Positions 39,735 to 49,804 of a stretch of 64,000 bases of DNA are shown piece after piece; the first letter of the stretch is position 1; each line of letters begins with the position of its first letter. Both the position numbers and the translations under genes were made by a program. The notes under the pieces are model-generated. The model made no database searches and was not told where the DNA came from. It was given only the letters and a program-made list of their open reading frames with translations. Source of the stretch: Calcarisporiella thermophila CBS 279.70. Its lineage: Eukaryota; Fungi; Calcarisporiellomycota. The stretch lies in the NCBI RefSeq assembly GCF_041956535.1, contig NW_027192196.1, forward strand, positions 576,921 through 640,920. The letters run 5' to 3'.

Positions 39735-41243
39735 TTAAGAGCGCAATTTGTTCAAAATCGTGCCGGGTATCCAGCCCCCATGTATACGCAAGCCCAGACT
39801 CAGGACCATTACGCCAAGCACGATGTAGCCAACGCACATAAAGGCTCCCAAATAATCCTTGCCATAGATTCCGAAGACAGCATTAAAGATGACCCCTCCA
39901 ATATTTCCTCCAGCGCCAATGAGACCAGCAACGGCGCCGGTGCGGCCAGGGTCAATGAACGGCACGATACCGAAGGTAGTGCCGCATGCGGCCTGCACAA
40001 AATAGGAGAACAAGATCATGAGTGCAATGGCCGCCCCAATGGAGTTGCCCGCCCCCAGCCCAAAAGCAATGAGCGTCACGCCTTCCAGCGTCATGATCAG
40101 GATATGGGCTATAAGGCGTCCATTGATTTGGCCATGCGGCGACCGCATCCGTCGGTTGAAGAAGTCGGAGAGCAGCCCTCCGCTCGCTCGCGAGAACAAG
40201 TTCATCAACCCAAAAATCGAGCCTATGATTCCGGACAGGGTTTGATCCAGCTTATAGTGCTCGTGGAAGAACTCTCCGATCACGTTGTCCACGGCCAGTT
40301 CGAGGCCGAAGCTGCATGCATACACAAGCATGAGAAGCACCACGTTTGGATTGAGGAGGTGGGTGACAAGGGAGAGCAGAATGCTGCCCATGCTCGCAAG
40401 GAGGCCCTTCTTCTCGATGGGGGGTGGGGCATCTTCGAGGGAAGTGCTGGCCTCCGAGTCGGTATCCGAGGAGACGACGGTTTTTTCTCCGTCGGTGATG
40501 ATCACGCTGGTGTCGGTCTTGACGTTGGCGACATGGCGCTTGGTGTCCTGGACTGGTCCTTCCCGTTTTAAGCGCCAGTGCCCTCCGGGCCAGTCGTCGG
40601 AAAACAAGAAGACGAAGATTCCCACGAGTATGCAAATGAAAGCAGGGACAAGTAGAGTGACCCGCCATGCCAAATTATCGGTTAGGCCCATCAACTTAAA
40701 GAGCTGGAAGACCAGCGGCATCACGAGGTAGGTGATCCCCGCGCCCATGTTTCCCCATCCGCCCACGAATGCATTCGCAGAGCCGACTATGGGGGGAGAG
40801 AACATCTGTGTGGTCCAGAACTGACAGGGGACAAAAGCAGCCCCCAGAATGCCGATGAAGAAACGAACGGCAATTAGGCCGTTTCCGTTCGAGACTAGCC
40901 CCGCAAAAGCGGTCGGGATGGCACCGACAATCAGCAGGGAGGCCATGACCCGCCGGGGCCCGAAGAGATCGCACAGCGGCCCGATGAGTATGCGGGCGAG
41001 AATGGTGGCGGAGACCGAGGTCATATTGGCGCTGGCTGCCTGGGCCGGGGTGATCTGCAGCTCTTTCTTGATCGTGGGCATGAGTGGGGAGATGGAGAAC
41101 CAGCTGAAGAAGGCAACCATGAAAGCAAGCCATGAGAAGTGGAATGCGCGCATGTAGGGCCGCCCTACGGAAAACAGTTTGATGCGGAGGGCCTTGTTCT
41201 TGGCATCGGTCGGGATAGAATTGCGAAATATAAATATGGACAT
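39735..41243 (-). CDS. NRT2: High-affinity nitrate/nitrite transporter (MFS, NRT2/NNP family), intronless
   Basis: RPYMRAFHFSW, ARILIGPLCDLFGPR, nitrate signature GGWGNMGAG, FGLMNLFSRASGGLLSD, GTTFGIVPF and GAGGNIGG. About 12 hydrophobic segments. Confidence 0.96.
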   Translation of the reverse strand: MSIFIFRNSIPTDAKNKALRIKLFSVGRPYMRAFHFSWLAFMVAFFSWFSISPLMPTIKKELQITPAQAASANMTSVSATILARILIGPLCDLFGPRRVMASLLIVGAIPTAFAGLVSNGNGLIAVRFFIGILGAAFVPCQFWTTQMFSPPIVGSANAFVGGWGNMGAGITYLVMPLVFQLFKLMGLTDNLAWRVTLLVPAFICILVGIFVFLFSDDWPGGHWRLKREGPVQDTKRHVANVKTDTSVIITDGEKTVVSSDTDSEASTSLEDAPPPIEKKGLLASMGSILLSLVTHLLNPNVVLLMLVYACSFGLELAVDNVIGEFFHEHYKLDQTLSGIIGSIFGLMNLFSRASGGLLSDFFNRRMRSPHGQINGRLIAHILIMTLEGVTLIAFGLGAGNSIGAAIALMILFSYFVQAACGTTFGIVPFIDPGRTGAVAGLIGAGGNIGGVIFNAVFGIYGKDYLGAFMCVGYIVLGVMVLSLGLRIHGGWIPGTILNKLRS

Positions 41244-42875
41244 GGAAAGCAAATTGGGGGCCTTTAGGACGAGGGTGGTGGAAGGATACTTTGAAAACCT
41301 CCTTCTGTAAAATGTCAGGATCGAGGGTTCATTTTAAGCGCAGCCTATTTATATGCTTTTTTGACTTGGTCTGTGATCTGAATTTTTTTCAATATATATC
41401 TAATCTGCTTAACCAGCGATTAAGTGAAAAAAAAAGATGGAGAAACATCTGCGGCCAAATTACACGCCCTGTTTGGAGAGCCAGGCTGATACGTTACCAT
41501 CCGCTGAACTGATAGGAGCCACGAATTCGAGTAATCGGAGAGTCGATCGGGGGACCGAAATTATGTAAAACTTGATCCAAAACCAACGAAAAATCCTTTG
41601 CAACCTTAAGTTTGCGGAGGAAATTAAGCTTGGGGGAATGCGTGCAAAAGAAGCGTGTCCCCGTCACTTTCCCGCCTTCAATCTTCGGAGGCATAGGTTT
41701 TGGTAAGCCGGGTGGGGCGAACTGCACCCGGTGATAGGCACAGTTAGCTTGTCTGCACATGACGACATGTGGGTCGCGTTATCTACCGCTTGCTCTCCCG
41801 CCCCCATCACCTCAAGAACACCCGGTGTTCGAGATGCATGAGGAAGTGCCATGGTCAACTAGGGGGAAAACTTCTGTTTACGAATTTGTTTGAAAGATAG
41901 GCTGTTTGGTTTCCTCCGTAGAAGCTCCGTTTGTTTGTTTGTGTATTTGTTTCTTTTTATCAATTGATATGCACCTGAAAAAAACGAGTATCAATTGATA
42001 AAAGGCAAAAGGGTGAACTTTCCGAGAAGACTATCTATCCCCTATATCATGACGGTCAAATTTGAGACCGCCCTTGATAACCAATCGTCATTATCTTATC
42101 CACATGTCAAAATCGTTAACTAGAATTTTTGACAGGGTTGGAAATTCGGTGCTTTCTGAAACAACAGGTGGTGAGAGTTGATTTCAGAGCCCTTCTACTA
42201 CCTAGACTAGACAAGTTGCGGAAGAGGACCCTAAGTCAACCAGGCTGTGTCCTAGGAACCTAGCGACTCCTTTTGCACTGCTAAAATTTTTTCCTATGCT
42301 CATACGAGGAAGCAATTGCTTTGCATTGATCCACAGACTGTTAATTCTTGTCTTCTTGGCGTCATTTTGATTTGTGGGCCTGTTGACCACGACCTAAGGG
42401 TTCAAGACCTAGGTTTCATTCTGAATCTCATCGGGCAAAAGTTCCTATCATGTCTAATTAATACACCACCAGTTCTTTATCACGCTCAGAATCTTGTAAT
42501 CTTCAAAGCCTCTAATCGCTGTTATCGGGCCTTGGATATCCGGCCAATCACGGGGCCACGACAAGAAACCTCATCACGGTAGCCGTGAGCGAATTTCGAA
42601 TACGAACTCCAATCGGGGAGGGGGTGTCATACACTAGGCACAATGGCCGTGTTAAAATAACAACTCCCTATATAGAAAATAAACAAATATTTCATATCTC
42701 AATTGATCCTATAAATCCCTCTGGCGGTGCCTTCTCGAAACATTTCCGTGTTTCTCTTCCCCAATTCCTCTTCCCCCCTCCCCCGTCTTCTGTTCGTTTG
42801 TTTGTTCGTTTGTTTGTTTGTTCGTTGCATGCTCATCGTTCTCCTATCTCAACTTCCCCTCCAAGTCTAAACAAG
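41244..42875. promoter_or_regulatory. Shared divergent promoter of NRT2 and nitrate reductase, GATA-rich
   Basis: More than 10 GATA/TATC cores (e.g. 41510, 41732, 41779, 41895, 41957, 41996, 42031, 42076, 42091, 42445, 42477). TATA-like elements near 41350 (minus) and 42710 (plus). Confidence 0.7.
42791..42827 (+). repeat. Imperfect (GTTY)n microsatellite in the nitrate reductase 5' leader
   Basis: tgttcgtttgtttgttcgtttgtttgtttgttcgttg. Confidence 0.8.
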
Positions 42876-45565
42876 ATGTCTCCCCCCTCCCTAAGTCCTG
42901 TTTGCTTGACCCCTCCTCCTCCCAAGAGGTCCATCCCGCTGTCCCCACCACACCCCTCCATCAAAGAGCCATCCGACAAGGTGGACGAGAGAGATTTGAA
43001 GACGCCTGACTGCTGGGTGAAGCGGCATCCGGACATGGTGCGGCTGACCGGTAAGCACCCCTTCAACGCCGAGGCCCCCCTCTCCAAGCTGATGGCTGCG
43101 GGCTTCTTCACCCCCACTCCGCTTCACTACGTACGAAACCACGGCGCAGTCCCAAAGCTCGCCTGGCACCAGCACACACTAGAGATCACTGGGTAAGTGT
43201 ATGGCGCAAGCAGCTTGAAGCAATATGGCCTGGTCATAGAAGCAGATACTAAACTTTGTATTGCTCCTGTCCTGTACTAGCCTTGTCGACAAACCCATCA
43301 TCTTCTCCATGGATGAGATTGAGCAGATGCCATCAGTGACCTTGCCTGTAACGATGGTGTGCGCAGGCAACCGACGCAAGGAGCAGAACATGGTCAAGCA
43401 AACCATTGGATTTAACTGGGGTGCAGCTGCCGTGTCCACTGCTGTGTGGAAAGGAGTACCACTAAGATACGTGCTTAACCTCTGCGGTGTGCAAAGCAGT
43501 GCAAGATGGGTTTGCTTCGAGGGTGCAGACAAGTTGCCGAAGGGATACTATGGAACCTCCATCAGCGTTGAACGAGCAATGGGCGAGTACAATGATGTAT
43601 TACTTGCCTATGAAATGAATGGCGAGCGACTGCATCCCGATCATGGCTTCCCATTGCGGACGATACTGCCGGGGTGCATAGGAGGTCGCACCGTCAAATG
43701 GTTGAAGAAAATCACATTAACAATAGATGAGGTATGAACTATATCGCCCACGGAAATTTTATTTAGTTGTCTTAAACCTAATATCCTGTTCTATAACTTG
43801 AAAGTCGGATAACTACTATCATATCTATGATAACCGGGTCCTTCCCTCCACCTACGACGCTGAGAGAGCCAATAAAGAGAATGCTTGGAGCAATCCCGAC
43901 TTCGTCATCAATGAGCTTAATACAAACAGTACCATAACAAGCCCTGCCCATGACGAGGTCTTACCCCTCACACCAGGGAAACTAGACTCCAACTATACCG
44001 TCGGCGGCTATGCGTACAGCGGAGGAGGCAAGAAGGTGACCCGTGTAGAGGCGTCTCTCGATGACGGGAAAACTTGGATCGATGGCACGGTCTATCACCC
44101 TGAGGAGAAATTGAGCCCGGTTGCCGGACGCCGGTATTGGTGCTGGGCTTTTTGGAGCGCTGACATTCCTGTGCGGAAACTACTTCAATGCAAAGAGATC
44201 GTGTGCCGTGCGTGGGATAGTCATCATAACACTCAACCCGGGAAGCTGACGTGGAATGTAATGGGAATGATGAACAACTCCTGGTTCCGGGTGAAGGTGT
44301 CGCTCAGTGAGTTCAGTGTAAAGGGGCAGCCCCAATTTGGCTTGCGTTTCCAACATCCCACGGTACCAGGCAATCAGTCTGGCGGGTGGATGCCGCCTCC
44401 GGAGCAGCCCATTCCGGAAAAAAAGGAGGCTCCGATGGCAACCCCCGATCGAATCAGCGAAGGTGGCAGAACATTTTCGAAAGAAGAAATCGCCAAACAT
44501 GACAAGGAGGATGACGTTTGGATCATTATTGAAGGCAAAGTCTATGACTGCACTCGCTTCCTCGAGGAACATCCCGGAGGAGCCGAGAGTATCATGCTCA
44601 ACGCAGGAGGTGACGCAACCGAAGAGTTCAACGCGATCCACTCGAGCAAAGCCCACGACATGCTCAAGGATTATTATATTGGCGAAGTGAAGGAGAGTGG
44701 CAGCCGTCCAGTGCCTTCGGAGGACCTCCCGAAGGCCAATGGCAAAGTGGACACAGTCCCCGTCACAACGGTGTTTCTTAGTCAGAGGGAGTGGAAAACC
44801 ATGAAGCTCAAAGAGAAGCAAATTCTCTCGCACGACACTCGTCTCTTCCGCTTTGAGTTCCCTGATTCAAGTATGCCGCTTGGGCTTCCGACTGGAAAGC
44901 ACGTCCTCCTCAAAAGCCGTGGTACCCGTGAGACGCTCATTCGCTCGTACACCCCCGTCAGCAAGGAGGATGCGCTTGGCCATGTGGATTTTGTGATTAA
45001 GGTGTATCGGCCCCTGCTACCTCACTTTCCTGAGGGCGGCAAGTTCAGCCAGTGGCTTGATGCGATGCAACCAGGAGATGAAATCGACATCAAAGGGCCG
45101 ACGGGATCCTTCCTCTACGAAGGCAGGGGTCGATGGGCTCATGGGAAACAGTCCGGCCAAGCCAAACGCATCGGGATGATCTGCGGCGGGACGGGAATAA
45201 CTCCCATTTTCCAGGTCCTTCGGGCCGTGGCAGAAGCCATAAAGCACGGTGACACCACCGAAGTGAACGTCATCTATGCCAATCGCACGGAAGATGACAT
45301 TCTGCTGTACCAAGAACTGAGCGCTTATGAGGCAGCTCACCCGAGCCAGATCAAAATATGGTACACACTCAACAATCCCCCAGCTGGCTGGGCCTATAGC
45401 GAAGGATATGTCAACGAAACTATGATCCGCGAGCATATATTCCCGGACTGCCACGATCACTCTGATACTATCTTGCTTTTGTGCGGGCCTCCCCCAATGC
45501 TCCAGCTCGCGTGTCTGCCCAACATCGAAAAGGTGTTTGGCGACATTCGCACCTTCATTTTTTGA
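42876..45565 (+). CDS. niaD: Assimilatory NAD(P)H:nitrate reductase (Moco, dimer, cytochrome b5, FAD, NAD domains)
   Basis: RLTGKHPFNAE, HYVRNHGAVP, Moco Cys in VCAGNRRKEQN, GGRTVKWL, WNVMGMMNNSWFRV, b5 HPGG, RSYTP, GGTGITP and CGPPPM. Introns 43193-43280 and 43732-43804. Confidence 0.97.
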
Positions 45566-46380
45566 ACACCTACACTTTTATTTAATCTATAATGTAAATC
45601 CTCTCTTCCCATTTCCACAGCCGCTATTCTCACTTGTTCATGGCCATGCTATTGTAATATATACCATTTTATTTGAACACAGCTTCTCTATCCCCTCACC
45701 TCTTAACCAAAGTCTGGATATATGACATCATAAACCATCTGCCGGATCCCAAGTAGTTCGGTTTCATGAATCCAATAGGCTTGAAGCCAAGCAGTCCAAC
45801 CCCCTCGCACTTGTGTCTGCAAGCAACACGTTGCTTTCGCCTGCTTTGCGGACACTGGATGCACCGTCTCAAATGTATCCATTTCTAGTGGCATGCATTG
45901 CATTATCGCCTAGCATACTATCTTAGACCGAGCGTGCATTTAGGCAGCCCCCTCACAATACATACAGAACGACATAGTGGAAAGTGTGAAGACCCTGAGC
46001 ATTAGATCCAGCTGCCAACCTTGATGGGCCCAATCCCCCTGGCTCGATTCGGATAGAACGGGCATTTCGTATTCCTGTTCAGATGGCCGACCTTCCTCTT
46101 TTGGGTGATGCTAATCGGCTTGAATCAGCTTGCTCGGGAAATGGAAATCGTCCATGGTTGGAACGAGAGCTTGAGGTAAAGAATTTTTGATAAATATAGC
46201 AGTTTGAAAGCCCGCACAGGCGAAAAGCTTCATCGCGTATAGGATCGACTTGTTGAAAAATAAAAAGCGCAAAATATAGCGTGTGCATTGACAAGAGTGT
46301 GAGCGAATGTGTGGGCGCTAAGATCTCTATATACGCTTAGATTATCAGAGCAGCCAAGATTGTAAAGACACTTTTAGACA

Positions 46381-47978
46381 ATGTCGGTCTATTCTCCCTC
46401 GATTCGTCCCCCTTCGCCCACCTCCTCTTTCCTCACCACCAACACCACTGCCACCAATATCGCAGACCTCCCCGATGTCCCCGTCGTGCTGACACGCAAA
46501 GATCTCCGTGCCTCAGCCGATTCCTACGAAGAGCTGATTCAGGCTGCCAAGCATTATCGCACGCAGATGGCAGCTCTGGCACAGGCGGCCGCCGATTTTG
46601 GTTGTGCTCTGGAAAATGTCGCAAGGAGTAAGGGCGCTTTGGAAGCGGGTAGGCTGAGAGTTCTTGAAGAGATGACCTTGCTTGAAGTGACGTTGAGCGA
46701 TTTGCATTTTAGGTGCGGGCCTTCATGCTGCCGGTGCATTTCACTTCTTGATATCGAACCATCAGCAGATCTTGGTGGATATCCTCTCTTCCAGCTTGCA
46801 TCCCATTCTATTGAGTTACTTATCATTCCTTTATGCTATTGTAGAGTGAGGCAATTTACAAACACTTTGAGGTACCCCTGATCGAGAATATTGAGCGCCA
46901 TAAGAAGGAAATAAAGGTAGCTATCCCTCGATATTCCCCAGCCTTGAGCCTATGTACTTAAATGGCTTTGATCTCTTCTGTTAACCAAAGCAAAACCAAG
47001 AAGCGTATGACAAAAAGATGCGAGAGATGAGCGAGAAAATCAAGAGGACAGAGGCGAAGAATTTTCGCAGCGGGCGACAGAGGCAACGAGGCGAGTTTCC
47101 ACACTGCTCCCGGCTTTCCTGACCTTCGTCTCTAACCATCCATTCTATGCCATCAGACCTGATTCAATTTAGGAGTGCACTGCGAGAGCTCACCCAGCAA
47201 GTCAATGAACTAGACCAGTTGAAATGCGAATATTACAAGCATGTTCTCAAGCTGGAACAGGACCACCTCGACACGACGCTCTCGCTAGCCACCACCGTTA
47301 TTCGAGCCGAAGTGGATATCTATGAGCGTGTTGCCAACAAAGGGCTTGCCGATCAACAACTCGAGCCGGTATGCATTGCTCTCATTGTGACACATGGACA
47401 TGCGTTCGTTTTAACACTCTCGCTTTCTTATTGTTTCTCAGATGATCGCCACTGGATTCAACCCATTTAACTCGTATACGACGTCGGATGAATGCGAGCA
47501 GATTTTCAGCGTTCTTCCCCCCATGCATATCATTGCGTCCACTAAACCACCCTCTCTCCCCGAACACAATAAATACAACCACCATCTTTCCGATCTGGTG
47601 GACTTGGAAAACTCGTCGAGCGACGATTTTGGTCCTGAGGTGTCTACTGTAGATCAACGAGATAGCCACAGCAGCCATCACGATGGGAGCGATCCCATCC
47701 TACCCTCCGACCGGTTCCAACTGGAAAATGCGCCACGCACGCCGAGCCCATCGAATGGAGACTCACCCGCGCCTTCACACCCTCCTCCCATATTAACCCC
47801 ATCCACGACGTTTGATAGAACACTAGACTCACTATCCTCTTTTGGGAATCATGGGGACGATTTACAGGTTGTGCGCTCTGAGCTATCCAACCGATGCGAT
47901 TCCCATCCGGAAGCGAGCGGCTTTGACTACAACCATCGCCAAGAGGAGCGATTGGACCACCACACTGGGACAGTATGA
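46381..47978 (+). CDS. IVY1: Ivy1-like I-BAR/IMD phospholipid-binding protein
   Basis: DLRASADSYEELIQAAKHYR..AAADFGCALE, HFLISNHQQIL, HFEVPL, FRSALRELT and RAEVDIYERVANKG. Five introns, one of them GC-AG. Confidence 0.82.
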
Positions 47979-48224
47979 GGATCTCGCCTCCTTCCTCCTC
48001 TCTCTGAAACCGCTATTTTTTTTATTTCATCTCTTCCTCCTACACTATACACACGGAATGTGTTTATATAAACATATCTAAGATGCATCATTAGAACATA
48101 TATTTCTTTAATCCGCCTTTTTTTTCTGCGCCCTCTCTGAGTCGTTTTTAGTCGCGTTTGTTTGTTTATGTATAAACGGTATATTTCTACGTTGTTAGGT
48201 ATTTGGTGTTATTGGTTTATTCCT

Positions 48225-48248
48225 TTCTTCTTCTTCTTCTTCTTCTTC
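48225..48248 (+). repeat. (TTC)8 microsatellite
   Basis: Read directly from the sequence. Confidence 0.85.
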
Positions 48249-48808
48249 AATATGTAATCTACCATAATATTCGTTTCTTTTTAAAAGTCTAATACACATG
48301 AGCCAGTTGTGGAAGTTTCTTCGGATAAGTTTTGCCACGCTATGATCGATGGCTTGCATGCTTGTAGTCAACATGCGTGAACTCAAGATGGAACCAACAG
48401 AACCCTGGGAAATCCAGAAAGACTCTTAAAAAAGGCGTCGCAAGCAATTTCAATTTTGATTTACAATACCGGTTTTATTGATGCGAGGGGTTTTACCGAC
48501 TCTATCCTATAGAAAAAATAAACCAACAGGACACAAGTTGTCGTGTCCTGAAAGGGAAACAAAAACCATCCTATAGAAAAACGAAAGATTTATTGATAGA
48601 GTTATCGGGGATTGGCAATTCTGGCCTCCCAGGAGGTTAAACTCTCTAGAAACTCCTTCCATGCTATGCCTGCACTTGCGCAGTCAATGGGCAACTCTAT
48701 ATGTTTCTATTTTCCGGCCAAGCTTAACCATCATCATTCCTCTTGGAAACGCTTTTGGAGAGGGGGAAATTATGTGACTGGATTCTCAGAAGAGAGCTTG
48801 TTCGATTT

Positions 48809-48821
48809 TTCGCGAAACTTC
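48809..48821. promoter_or_regulatory. Heat-shock element upstream of Hikeshi
   Basis: TTCgcGAAacTTC is three alternating nGAAn units, about 120 nt before the ATG. Confidence 0.55.
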
Positions 48822-48937
48822 GACGAAAAAATTTCCCCTTCAGCGCACGCTCTCCTAACACAACAGTCTATCTCAATTGTTAGCTCCATTCTGTTCTGCT
48901 TCTGTAAATAAACCGACTTGGACTTCCCCCTGCCCAT

Positions 48938-49804
48938 ATGTTTGGACTCATTGTCGCTGGCCGCCTAGTAAGTCCATCCTCCACGATTTGCTGTGTCCCG
49001 ATGGCAATCTCCAAGAGCACGCATCGGCTCACGACCTCTTTCTCGTTGGTATGTATGTTTATAGGTACAAACCAATATCCAGCAGGTAGACGCGAACAAA
49101 TTCGTGTTTGAATTGAGCGATGCCGCCAACATCAATCACATTGTGGTGTTCTTGCTGGGCACGATCCCGTTCAAGCCCGGCTTTGCGGCCACTGTGCACT
49201 TCCAATGGCCAAACAAGCCGTGGCAGCTGCTAGGAATGTAAGCAAGCTAGTTCCAAGAAGAGAGGGCATCGAATGAATAGGCATGGCCTCTCCCTCGAAG
49301 GAAATGGATTGGATGCATTAACCACGGCATAAAATCTCACCCCCCCCCCCTCTCTTTAGGATCTCTAATGAAAAACCGAGTGCTATCTTTCGCCTTCGCG
49401 GGACTAGCAATGCCAAATCAGATGTCTCGGGCGATATGGCCATGGAGAGCAGTGAGCCTATTTCCGCGACGCTTGGCATTTCCGTGGAGCCCGAGGAGCA
49501 AGTTCAGGCCCAGATTCAAGCACAACAGCAGTCGCAGGCTCAGCCCCAAACCGGAGCGCTTTCTGTCTTCCAGCAGTCGTCGTTGCTGGGCCCCAAGGCG
49601 GGGGAAGTTGGAGTGGCGGTTCAGAAGATCCTGCAGCATCTCTACGACTACATCACAAGCTACGCGACAAGCGTGCTCCCTCCCGGAACCCCGGTCATCG
49701 GCGCTCTGAATGCTGGCAGCTATATACCATTGAAAGTGTTTGAGGAGTGGTATGCCGTGATTGGGAGGAAAGTGAGGGATCCGTCATTTTTGACCAAGGA
49801 ATAG
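48938..49804 (+). CDS. OPI10: Hikeshi/Opi10 (Hsp70 nuclear import carrier)
   Basis: MFGLIVAGRL|VQT, INHIVVFLLGTIPF, WQLLGM|ISNEKPSAIFRL, ATLGISVEP and IPLKVFEEWY. Confidence 0.93.

Noticed and set aside
41281-41289. GTATCCTTC on the minus strand upstream of NRT2
   Set aside because: It lies in the probable 5'UTR with no matching branch site or acceptor, and the ORF is complete without splicing.
45950-46260. Possible snRNA (Sm-like AATTTTTGA at ~46182)
   Set aside because: No match to conserved U1/U2/U4/U5/U11/U12/U4atac sequence features by eye. An Infernal/Rfam search would be needed.
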